A DNA stretch of 64,000 nt from Basidiobolus meristosporus CBS 931.73 (taxonomy: Eukaryota; Fungi; Basidiobolomycota). Under the pieces are notes generated by a model, which had not been told where the DNA came from, searched no databases, and saw nothing but the letters and a program-made list of their open reading frames with translations. The DNA lies in NCBI GenBank assembly GCA_002104905.1, contig MCFE01000250.1:1-64000 (forward strand), read 5' to 3'. This document shows, one piece after another, positions 27,819 to 40,000 of the stretch (position 1 is the first letter of the stretch; every line of letters begins with the position of its first letter). The translations under genes and the position numbers were made by a program.

Positions 27819-30800
27819 TGTGGTAGGGTAAACAGACTTCCTGCAGACATATATATTCTGTTGTAAAAAGTCATAATTCCACGTAGATATTCACCTAACT
27901 TAGTCACTTAGATCACTACCTTCAAATCCTAGAGGATACTAACCAAATTCCTTGTTGGGATTTACTTGGAATATTTTCACCAAAATATCAGGTACCCAGA
28001 ACATGAAAATTCTCAAAGTTGTCCAAACAGCCCCAAACTTTGCACACATGTTCTTGGGATTTTTCTTTACTTATTCTCTGTGTTTGTAGCTCCAAGATCA
28101 TTTAAAAGTATAAACACTACTTTTACACTCAATAAGTCATTAAGTGAAAACCACATAATCTACTTGTCCTCCCAATCACTTCCAATATCTAAAAGACTCT
28201 TACAGCAGGTAATGAGCCCCAAGCTGTCACTCTCTGCAGTATCTACCACTGCTGTTACTGGAAAGTTTCCCTCTGCTGACAAGCTGGATGGATCTAACTA
28301 CCAAGTATGGAAGGTGAAGATGAAGATGCTGCTACAAGAAAGAGGCCTTTGGGATATTGTCATGGCGGAAGAATTCCCTCCTAAAAACATGGGAGAGGAA
28401 GCCTTAAAGTACCAGAAGAAGGAACAAAGTGCCTTTAATTGCATTTGCCTTAATGTCAAGGACAAATTGCTAGTTCAATGCTCAAGAGCAAAAACGGCAA
28501 AGAATGCCTGGAAGGTATTAGAAGACACCTACCAGTCACGCTCAGCTGCTAAGAAAATGTATCCAAGACAAAAATTCTTTACTATCAAGATGCTGCCAGG
28601 AGAAGAAATGCAAAATCTAATTAACAGAAGTATTTTACTGGTAGATGAAATGGAATCTGTGGGCATACCAAATACTGATGAGGATGTAATAGTTACTATC
28701 CTGAATAGCCCAACAGATAGGTTTCATGGCCTTGTATCAGCCCTAGAGTCCAGAACTGAATATTTGCTCTTAAATTACATATATGGAAGGCTCCTGGATG
28801 AAGAATTAAGAAAATCAAGTGCCAATAAGAAGGAAGAAGAAAATGCTTTAATAAGCAATGATAACCAACAAAGGAGGTACCCCAGACCTTTTAAAGGTAA
28901 TAGCAACCTGTTTTGCAACTACTGCAAAAGGAAAGGACACACATCAGACTACTGCAAAAGGAAAGGACTCACATGAGGCCAGTGCTTCAAGAGGAGATAG
29001 TTGGCAGGAAAAGTCTGAATTTGGAAATGCTGCAACAACTGAAGATAGACTAATCATATTTGCACTAAATATGGCCACAAATAAGAATTCTCAGATGTAG
29101 TATATTGACTCTGGAGCATCTCAACACTTTACACACCAAAAAGAAATTTTTACCAAATATCAAGAAATTCCAATCAAGAAGGTTTTCATGGGTGACAATA
29201 GAACACTTGATGCATTGGGAGAAGGAACTATCCAGGTAAGCATAAGAAGCAGTGAAGGGAGCCATACACTGACCTTTAAAGAAGTACTCTATGTACCAGA
29301 AATAGCCAAGAACCTACCATCTGTAAGCAAGGCCACAGCAGAAGGACTTGGTTTAAGCTTTGACAACTCTGGATGCAAGATCACTGATCAAAATGGTGCC
29401 CATGTTGCTTTGGGTATTTAAGATCAGAGTCTATATAAGTTGACTTATATTCCATCATATCTGGAAGCCAATATAAGTAACTTCAACAAAGAAACACCAA
29501 TGCTTTGGCACAGGAGATTTGCACACATCAATTTTAATTATTTGCACAAAATGATTAAAGATCAACTAATTCCCAGAGTAAAAATTGATCCCCCAGCTAA
29601 TTTGAAGCACTGTGAAGCCTGCACATATGTGAAACAAGCCAGACAACTGTTCAAGAGCTCCAGGTTAATCAAAATGAAGTATTTAATCACTTTTATTGAT
29701 GATTATACAAGAAGCAAGTAGGTTTACTTCCTGGAGAGAAAGGAAGAAGCTCTGACTAAATTCAGGGAGTTCAAAGCCATGGTGGAGAGAGAAACTGGTG
29801 AAAAAATCAACAAAATAAGCTCTGACAATGGTAGAGAATAAACCTCAAAATACTTCATCCACATCTGCAAAATTCATGGGATAAAGTAAGAGACTACTGT
29901 ACCATACTGCCCACAGCAAAATAGAGTAGCAGAGCATGCCAACAGATCAATAATTGATATGGCAAGATCTATGAGCATGATCAAAAACTATCCTCTGACT
30001 TTTGGGCGGAATCAGTTGCCATAGCTGTATAATTTAAAAATAGAGGTTGTAACAGAATACTTTGAGATTCTACTCCATTTGAAGCATGGTATGGACACAG
30101 ACCAAGTGCAGAGCATCTAAGAATATTTGGGTGTAGAGCATATGCCAAGAAACTGCCTGGAAATCAGTCAAAATTTGAGCCAAAAAATGTAAAGACATAT
30201 TTTTGGGCTACTGCAGTGAGAGTAAAGCATACAGACTCTTCAATACCAAAGCAAAGAAGCTAATCAAGTCCAGGGATGTGTTGTTGGATGAAAATTCAAA
30301 ATTTGCACCAAAAATGAAATCAAGTAATGACAACAATCCCATCTCAAGTCCACCAATTATCAGGATTGAATCAGAGCAAAACAATGAAAGTTTTCTCACT
30401 CCAGAGGACTCTAAAACCGTGGTTTTGCCTGAAACAGTGCCCAGGAATATCCCAGAAGTGATCATTTCCAGTATCAAATGCCCAGAGATTCAATTGAACA
30501 AGATATAGCCCAAATAACTGTATCAATGAGGTTACAAACTTAGCTATGCCTATTAAGTTCATATTGATGAACCCCAGACTGTAAAAGAGGCCCTAAATAG
30601 CTCTCAGACAAAGTTTGGGAGATCTGCAATGACTGAGGAATATCAGGCCCTGATGGAAAATCAAACTGGGGACTTGGTCAAGTTACCAATCAACAAAAAA
30701 TCAATTGCATGCAGATGGGGCTTCAGGACAAAATACAAGGCTGATGGTACAATTGAAAGATACAAAGCAAGACTTGTGGCCAAAAAATACTCTCAACAAA

Positions 30801-33185
30801 AGGACTTGACTTTACCAGGACCTTTGCACAAGTAGCCAAGTTTAATTCCATCAGATTAGTATTAGCTATTGCAGCCAAATATAAGTTTTTTATGCATCAA
30901 ATGAATGCAAAAGCTGCATTTTTGAATGGAGAGCATGATAAAAACATATATATTGACCAGCCTGATTGGCTTGTTGACTAAGATAACCCCCATTTGGTCT
31001 GCAGGCTTAAAGGTCTCTATATGGTCTCAAATATTCACCAAGAGCCTGGAATTGCAAGATAGATTCTTATTTGGAATCTTTGAGTTTCAAATGGAGTAAT
31101 GCTGACAATAGTATATACTATAAGCCAGATAGAGCAAATTTAGATCTATTAGCTCTATATGTGGATGACCTTGTTATAGCCAGCAATAACCTAGAAGCAT
31201 TGGAAGAGACTATATTCAGCCTTTCTAAGAAGTGCAAGATGTCCAATCTAGGAGAGCTCAGTTACTACTTAGGGATTACATTCTCCATAGACAGAAGTAC
31301 CCAGACTATTACCCTAAGCCAATCCAAGTATACTAGAGATGTATTAAAGATGTACAAAATGGATGACTGTAAACCAGCAGCTACCGCAATGGAGCCAAAC
31401 CTTAACTTGGTCAAGACTCAACCAAATCAAGAGAGCTTGGTGCCCTCTGAAAGCCCTGAGTTTCCTTATCAATCAATAATTGACAGTCTGATGTAAATCA
31501 TAAATGGAACATTTCCAGATATCTTATATTCAATGGGAGCTGTGAGCCAACATAATCAGAACTATGGATCTGATCATATTGCAGCAGTTAAGCGGATTTT
31601 TAGATACCTAAAAGGAACTGCTGATATCTGCTTACAATACACTTATAAGGATTCAGAACAAGATCTTGTGGGATACTCTGACTCTGATTGGGGACAAACT
31701 TTGGAAGATAGAGGATCCACTACATGATATACCTTCTTTACTGTAGGGGAGCAATTTTGTGGAAATCAAGAAAGCAACCAACCATAGCACTTTCTACCAC
31801 AGAGGCAGAGCATATGGCAACCTCTGAAGCAACAAAGGAAGTAATGTGGTTAAGGAACCTTTTTACAGATTTAAGCCTATGTCAAAAAAAGCCTATTACT
31901 TTATTTCAAGATAATCCAGAGTGCATACAATTAGGTAGAAATCCAACTTTTCATGCTAGAACTAAGCACATAGATAAAAGACATCATTTCATAGGTGAGG
32001 CTATAGAGAATAGCGCAGTTAGCTTAGCTCCCTGTCCTACAGATGAATGCTTGCAGACATATTTATCAAGCCATTAGCTAGAGACAAATTTGAATATCTT
32101 AGGTCAAAATTAGGACTAGTCAGTATGAACATTTGGCTGAGTGGAAGTGTTGCAAAAGTTTGTAATTCCACCTAAATATTCACCTAACATAGTCATATCA
32201 TTATCTTCAAATCCAAAAGGATACTGTCCAAATTCTTTGTTGGGATTTACTTAGAATATTTTCAGCCAAATATCAGGTACCCAGCACATGAAAATTCTCA
32301 TAGCTATCTAAACAGACCCAAACTTTGCGCACATGATCTTAGGACCTTCCTTAACCTATTCCATGTGCTTGTAATGTCAAGACTATGTAAAAGTATAAAT
32401 ACCACTTTTACATTCAATAGATCATTAAGTGAAAACCACATAATCTATGTGTCCTCCCAATCACCTCCAATATCTCCAAGACTCTTATAACATATTCATA
32501 TAGCTATTATGATGCACTTGTCCATATCTTATCTTATCAGTATAGTTCCATTCTTCTTTTGCTCTTATTCTTAGTATTATCTTCTCATGATGCTTACATT
32601 GATTAGTTATTAGCATTAGCTATCCCAGATGTTATTCAGCTTTGTGATAAGTATATGTACTCACATTAGGCAAGTACTTGTGTCAGTACCTGTGACACAT
32701 GACCTAAGTCTGGGTTACCATCTCTGCCATTTCAGTACCAAATATAATATCTCTATGTTGCACAGGTTTCAGACTACTGATCCCTGACTGGTTGGATGTG
32801 CTGTGCCTTTTAGAACCTTCCAGGACCTTCTTGGAGTATTTTTAGCTCATAGTGATGCCATCAAGAGCTCCACTGATGCCTGGAATTTTCTAGAACCTTG
32901 TCATTAGTAATCACTTGGCAATCTGGAAAGATATCTAATGGAAGTCAATCCCTCATCAATAAATCATTCCTTCTAGCAGTAACACTTGTCCCTTATTGAT
33001 TAGCAGTCAATCACTCTACCTGCCTTTAACAGTTATATCTCAGACCTGCCATTAAGGGGCTTTTCAGGGTAGTGCACAAGACACACCAAGGCCTTTGGAG
33101 ACACTTGGAGCACCTAAGAAGCTAGAGAAGCAGGAGCTTTTACCATAGTGACATATTGACAAAGACATCAGCAGTTTAGACCCAG
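27819..33185 (+). repeat. 3'-truncated LTR-X copy (27819-27858 plus 32498 to about 33185), interrupted by Copia-2
   Basis: Starts TGTGGTAGGG like LTR-X; 32670-33030 aligns with the reverse complement of 10810-11165. Confidence 0.75.
27859..32492 (+). mobile_element. Full-length decayed Ty1/copia element, family Copia-2 (4634 bp)
   Basis: LTRs 27859-28207 and 32148-32492; perfect 5-bp TSD TATTC; PBS GGTAATGAGCCCC at 28208; gag KLDGSNYQVWK (27966-28976), protease, integrase, RT YVDDL (31071-31496), RNase H; stops, frameshifts and about 80 bp deleted at the integrase start. Confidence 0.96.
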
Positions 33186-34899
33186 TGGTTATTGCACCCA
33201 TTGCTTTTCAACAATATTCCTATACTGATGAACAAGTTTTACATGAGGCATTTCAAGCTCAATGTGCCCTTTGAGATAACGGAGAAACTTGAAAGAATTG
33301 ACAAGATATTACAGCATATCTGCTACTCTAAGTACTTCTCATGGGCTCCAATCAATATATATATCTGCATATGCAACAATACAAGCACAAGGTCCGGATG
33401 ATCTGGATATGTATTTATTCAAGTGGCCTTCTGAAGCCATATCTACCAAGAGTAAATTGGAGGCATTGGGAGTCATATGTGACATAGTAGGATTATTTAT
33501 CCAAAAGCATATTGCCAATGCTCACTTTATACATCCACAGCTTTTGTGCTAGGAGTCTGTGACAGGATATGAGTGGCTATACCACAGGCATAAAGCTGAA
33601 CTAGAAGATTTTGGCTGCTAATGTATCCATTCTCTACTCCATCTTGCTTGCTGTGTTAAGAATAATGGGCCTTGCTTCACCACTTAGGAGTTTCCTTTGA
33701 AGCAAATGGGGGGGAGATAGGAAGACAAGTCAAGTCACAGGTACAACTATATCCCAATCTCATCAAGGATATTGCCTTCAAGTATGTTATGAATATGATG
33801 AGTTGGCAGATGGAGAACAGCCAGGGCAAGTTGGAAAATACTGAAGACATATTTGCACATGGAGTCACCTATGCCTTTGATATTAAGAAGCTAAGCAGCC
33901 TCCATGTGTGGTTAATCAGTTGAGTAATGAAAAGTTAGTTTGGGTACAACAAGCAACTAATTTCTATTGGGAAAACTCTACTAAGGAATGCCAGATTTCA
34001 CTTGGTCACCAGCCAATATCTTCATCATTCAATGTTGAATTTACTCAAGCAAGAGCCAGAGCATGCCTATAAGGGGGACTGGAATCCAGCAGGGAGAAGG
34101 AACAGATTGGCTAAATACCAAAAAGTTCTTTATGGATATCAAGTAAGTATGCCAGAAGAGGTGTAAACTAAGCATATGTTGGCAAGATGTATATGTTACC
34201 AGCAGTATAAGGTACATGGCAACTTTGCATGCATCACACTAAAAAGCCGTAAAGTTGAGGTGATAGAAGTATGTCAATTGTGGCAGGTGTGTGTGTATGT
34301 GTAGGTTAGTGAGAAGGAGGCCATAGTTTTCTTGATTTGAACTATATGTGAAATACCCAAGGTAGTAGTGGGTAAGCAAATAAAGAGGGTGATTCTACAG
34401 TTGAATATATGAACTGTGCAAGGGGAGGTAGAAAAAGTATATAGCATTTGGTAAATTGGTATGGTAGCATTATACAAAACTAGCTGTAGGCCACCATACT
34501 GCCATTATAATGCCATCAGAGGCTTGCAATGAGGCCATCAAAGCACCATCAAACTTCTCACCATAAAAGGCAAGTGGATGTACTGGCCATTTAGATCCAC
34601 CCAAATATTAGTAGAGTGTACTATAACTGCAACAATGCTGTGCCACCATTGGCAAACACTGCCCAAACACCATTACATTTTTAACTTTATTTGACAGTAA
34701 ATTAGCCAAATGCCTTTGTAATCCTGTCATAATATTGTTTAGAGGGTCATTAATCTCAAGCTGCAGGTAATATAATGGTACCCTAATGGAATCTTGACAA
34801 CTTATCTGGATTAGATTCACCTGCAGGACCAAGTTGTTATTTGTTGGGGGCAGTAATAAAGACTAGCAGCTACCTTAGGAGCCTGTCACAGCATGGTCT

Positions 34900-35139
34900 C
34901 AAGCTATCCAGGTTGACCAACATCAAGAATTTTAAGTTAAACAGATTCTAGACTCCAAGTATATCCGGTCAAAGCTGTACTACTTAGTAGACTGGATTGG
35001 TTATGGCCCAAGTGACCAAACATGGGAACCAGCTACACATCTCACTAATTGTCAAGAACTAGTTACCCAGTTCCACCAACAATATCCTGCAAAACCTGCC
35101 CCAAAGGGAAACAGAGCTTTGCCTGGAAGAGTAGAATAG
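34900..35139 (+). repeat. Extra copy of the chromovirus 3' end (chromodomain + PPT) upstream of the 5' LTR
   Basis: 34900-35668 is a 769-bp direct repeat of 40287-41055 (offset 5387); 4 mismatches counted in the 240-bp non-LTR part. Confidence 0.93.
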
Positions 35140-35670
35140 TGTCATGATCACATGGCAACCATGAACACCCATGCCAAGTTTCAGCTTCCTAGCACAATTT
35201 CTAAGAGATTCCTTCTGGAACCTTCTACCACCTTCCAGAAAGTTCCTGACCATTCCAAACCATTGTTACCCAATGGAACATTCCATGGAAGCTTTCCATT
35301 GTATTTTTCATAGCCCAGTAGCATAAATGGAAATACCAGGTCACATGACTTAGTCACATGATCAGGTGACCCAATCCATTTCCCCATCCTGTCTCAGTGC
35401 TGTGTCATCTATGTCATTATCTCCAGCACCATTGCTGTGCCTCACCCCACAATCCCATTAGTATTAGCTAATATCTCTCAGCATCAGTATAGCCAAAAAG
35501 TATATATAGTCCTATCCCCCCTTAAGTATTCCTCAGTCTGATAAGCACAGGTCTTGAATAAACAGCCTTGCCTTGAATATCCACCTTGCCTTGTTGATCC
35601 ACACCTAAGTCCTTTCCTGGTCCTGCCTTGCCTAGCTCTACTCTCCTGCCTTGTGTCTATTCATAATAGT

Positions 35671-35681
35671 CTTATCAGACT
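35671..35681 (+). promoter_or_regulatory. Self-priming primer-binding site (Tf1-type)
   Basis: CTTATCAGACT, 2 nt after the LTR, is the exact reverse complement of AGTCTGATAAG (35535-35545), which starts 27 nt after TATATATA (35501-35508); no TGG tRNA-type PBS. Confidence 0.85.
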
Positions 35682-36979
35682 CTCCTGACTTACCTGTGGA
35701 TCCCTGCCTTCTGCCCAAAGCTTGAAGAAAACTTGTAAAAGGAATACTCACCGTAAGTATCACCCATCATCTTTCCCTAGTCTTGTCCTATAGAGGCCAA
35801 GATACTTTATCTTTGTAAAACTATTGGTCAAAGCTGCATTCACTTTATTACCCTGCTGGTGGAGTTCACAGTTGTTACAGTATTGGAAGCTTTAGTACAA
35901 TACTCTATCAAAGGATGCTGAAACCAGTACCTTCTGAAGTGACGCTAACTTATTTAAGTTGGGGATTGTGGCTCAATAGTTGTATTCTTGACATACTAGT
36001 GGCTTTACAAACCCACAACCTATTTTAGTATATTCCAGTATTCCTTGCAAGTTCATCCACCTTCCTCTGCTACCATGTCCCACCTAGAGCTGAACTTTGC
36101 CCAGCTCATGGCTGCCTTTACCCAACTGCAGCAAGAACATGCAGACCTCAGAAACACTCTTGCTCAGTTCCAGAACCAAAGTGTCCAGCAAACTAGCCAT
36201 GTCCCAGTCTACCAAGAACCCAAGTATACTCCTGCTACCAAGTTCAATGGCTCTCAGAATGAATTCCGCGGCTTCATCAACATGGTGAAGAACAATCTTG
36301 CACTCCAGCCCAACCAGTACCCCACTGACCAGGCCAAAGTTGGTTTCATCTCCAACCTGCTTACTGGTACAGCTCTCAAGTGGTTCTCCCCATTAGTGGA
36401 GACCAACTCTCCCCTCCTCAGAGACTACCAAGCTTTCCTCACTGAAATGGAGCTAACATTTGGTAACCTTGACCAAGCCAGAACTGCTGCCAACAAGATC
36501 AAGACCCTCAAACAAGGGAACAAACCAGCATCAGTCTATGCCTCAGAATTCTGACAACTCTCCAGTGACCTCAGCTCCTGGGGTCAAGCAGCCTTGATTA
36601 GCCAATTCTAAGATGGCCTCAATGATGAAGTTTGTGATCTGCTACTCACACTCCCAGATCCAGATACATTGGTTGAAGCTATGTACCAAGTAATCCGGTG
36701 TGATAACAGACTATTCCAGAAGAAGCAAAAGAACCGTCAAAGACACATTCCTGTTGCAGTCCCAGCCCCTCCTGCTCCCCAAGTCACTCCAGAAGATCCT
36801 ATGCAGATTGATAGTGCCAAATATAAGAAACTATCAAAGAGTGAAAAGTCCAGACGTCAACAAGCCAACCTCTGTCTATACTGTGGCCAACCAGGTCACG
36901 TTGCCAAGTCCTGCCCCAACAAGAAGTCCAGCTTCAAGCTGATGCAGTCCTCCAGCAACCAACCTGACTCAGATCTGTT

Positions 36980-37024
36980 GGGAAACTCCAATGTCCAGTT
37001 GCACTGACAGGCTTGCAACTGGAC
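36980..37024 (+). promoter_or_regulatory. -1 programmed ribosomal frameshift signal (gag-pol)
   Basis: In-frame G GGA AAC heptamer 36980-36986, 6-nt spacer, perfect 11-bp stem GTCCAGTTGCA/TGCAACTGGAC with a 10-nt loop; pol is in the -1 frame and open from the slip site. Confidence 0.9.
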
Positions 37025-40000
37025 CCACCCATGAAAATCCAGCATATCCAAGAATCTTCCTTTGCCACAAAATCTATCCAGTCCTTGAGAATGCCTGTCA
37101 AAATCCAGATCCCTGACTCCAGTCCTGTCCCAGCCCTAGCCCTGATTGATTCCGGTGCTTCATCCTGTTTCATTGACCAGGCCTTTGTCCAGAAGCACTC
37201 TATTCCTGTTACCTTTAAATCCTGTCCAGTCCAAGTAGAAGTTATTGAGGGAAGATCACTCTCCTCTGGTGCCATTACCCATGAAACATGCTTACTCCAG
37301 CTGTCCAGTACTGCCCACCAAGAAAGAATTGCGTTCAACATCATCAACTCACCACACTATCCTATTGTGCTTGGAAGCTCATGGTTGAGCTACCACAATC
37401 CAAGTATTGATTGGAAATCCAAGATCCTGTCATTCACCAGATCCCACCAAGTCAACTCCATGAAATCTCCAGACCCTGATAGCCGTGAAAAGACGGTTGC
37501 CAACAGTTCAACAGCCCAAGATACCTTGCCAGCTGAAGGAGCCCCCTCAGCAACTATATCAGCCAAGTACCAAGAGTTTGCCCATGTCTTTGACAAGAAG
37601 AAAGCAGAACTCCTCCCTGACCATTGGCCTTATGACTGCCCTATTGACCTTGAAGATGGAAAAGTCCCTCCATTTGGCCCAATATATAACCTCTCCCAGC
37701 CGGAGTTGAAAGAACTCCATGGTTATATTGAAGAAAACCTCCAGAAAGGTTTTATTCAGCACTCCAAATCACCTGCTGGAGCCCCAGTCCTCTTTGTCAA
37801 GAAGAAGGATGGCACACTCAGAATGTGTGTGGACTACCGTGCTTTGAATAAGATCACAGTCAAGAACCGTTACCCCCTCCCCCTGATTAACACACTGTTG
37901 GATCAGCTATCTGCTGCCCAAGTCTTCACCAAGATAGACTTGAGAGGAGCTTACATTCTTGTCAGAATCAAGCCTGGTGATGAATGGAAAACCGCCTTTT
38001 GCACAAGATATGGTCACTTTGAGTACAAAGTAATGCCATTTGGCCTCACCAATGCCCCTGCTGTGTTTCAACACCTCATGAATGACATATTCCATGAATA
38101 CCTTGACCAGCTTGTGGTAATCTACCTTGATGATATTCTCATATACTCCAAGAGCCAAGATGAACATGATGAACATGTCAAGAAAGTATTGAGAAAACTA
38201 GACTCTGCCGGTCTCTATGCCAAGCTAGAGAAGTGTGAATTTCACCAGAGAGTAGTGGAATTTCTTGGTTACCTCATCAGCCCTGAGGGAACAAGAATGG
38301 ACCCAAAGAAAGTTGACTCAGTCCAATCCTGGAAAACTCCAAGCTCAGTCAAGGAAGTACAATCCTTCCTGGGATTTTCCAACTTCTATTGCAGGTTCAT
38401 AGCCAACTACTCCAAGATAGTCACCCCTCTGACAATGCTTACCCAGAAGAACACACCTTTTGCCTGGAATGAGGAGCAATCCAGCTCATTCAACCAACTC
38501 AAGAAATCTTTCCTGAAGGCCCCCCTGCTTGCCCACCCTGACCTTGAGAAGCAATTCATAGTGGAGACTGATGCTTCTGATTTTGCCCTTGGTGCCATAC
38601 TCTCCCAGTATGATGAGGACAATGTGTTGCACCCCATTGCATTCTACTCTCGGAAGTTTTCCCCTGCAGAGATCAACTATGATATCTATGATAAGGAGTT
38701 GCTTGCCATCATTGTAGCCTTTGAACAATGGAGACACTACCTGGACGGTGCAAAACACAAAATCAAAGTCTTCTGTGACCATAAGAACCTTGAGTACTTT
38801 GCAACTTCCAAAGTACTAAACCGGAGACAAGCCAGATGGTCACTCTTCCTGTCCAGCTTTGACTTTACTATCACCTATACACCTGGTGCAAAGCAAGGAA
38901 AGCCTGATGCCCTGTCCAGAAAAAAGGAATATGCCCTGGAAGAGGGAGATGATGCCTGTTGGCAAATGGAACACCCATTGCTGAGCAAGAAACATTTTGA
39001 GATTCTTGCCACCCAGTCCTCAAGTCTTGTCATCCCTTCATTCCTAGTATCAATATCAGAATCCCAAGCCTCTGATATGACTTCTGGCACCATCAAGAAA
39101 TATCTGGAATCCCCAGTTGGGCCCCCTCCCAAGTTCCCAAGCATCCAGAACCTGCATTTGGTAAACAACCTCATCTACCACAAGCAGCAGCTTTATGTCC
39201 CAGACCTTGCCACCCAGCTAGACATCATTAAGTCCTGGCATGATTCAATGGCTGCAGGCCACTGTGGTACTGCCAAAACCTTGAATGCTATCAAAAGAGA
39301 TTTCTGGTGGCCTAGAATGATAACTCTTATCAAAGAGTACATTCTGACTTGTGATATTTGCAACCGTGCAAAACCAGCCAGACACCAGCCCTATGGACTT
39401 CTTCAACCCCTGCCTATCCCAGAACACCAATGGAGATCTATATCTATGGACTTCATTACTGACCTCCCTGAGTCATGTGGCTTCAACGCTATACTTGTAG
39501 TGGCTGACCAGCTGACCAAGATGGCTCACTTTATCCCTTGCTGTAAGAACACTGATGCAAAAGAAACTGCTGCTTTAGTCCTGAGAATATTTTCCGCCTT
39601 CATGGTTTCCCCAGTGATTTTGTGTCAGATAGAGGCCCACAGTTTGTGTCCAAGTTTTGGAAACATTTCATGCAATACCTTGGTGTTCAAGTCAAGCTCT
39701 CTACTGCCTTCCACCCACAGTCTGATGGCCAGACTGAAAGAATCAACCAGATTCTAGAGCAATACCTCCAGTGCTATATCAATTACCAGCAAGACAATTG
39801 GGTTGATCTACTCCCTGTTGCTGAGTTTGCCTACAACAACTCAAGCCATAGTGCAACCGGTTTTACACCATTCTATGCAAACTATGGATTCCACCCTCAG
39901 TTTGATATCCAGATTCCAACAAACCCAATGAGCCCACATGCGGCTGAACATGCCCAAGCAATCCAGGACATCCAGAATACCCTCAAGGAAAAACTATCCT

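Larger units (their letters stand above)
25084..34300 (+). mobile_element. Decayed CACTA transposase copy 2, split by nested insertions
   Basis: ATG at 25084 (MDKTNLT.. after removing LTR-Y2); 26498-27818 and about 33190-34300 are reverse-complement homologs of 20630-19300 and 19150-18000. Confidence 0.85.

Noticed and set aside
27966-28230. N-terminal extension of the Copia-2 gag ORF in the track
   Set aside because: It runs through the LTR from a TTG; gag homology begins only after the PBS
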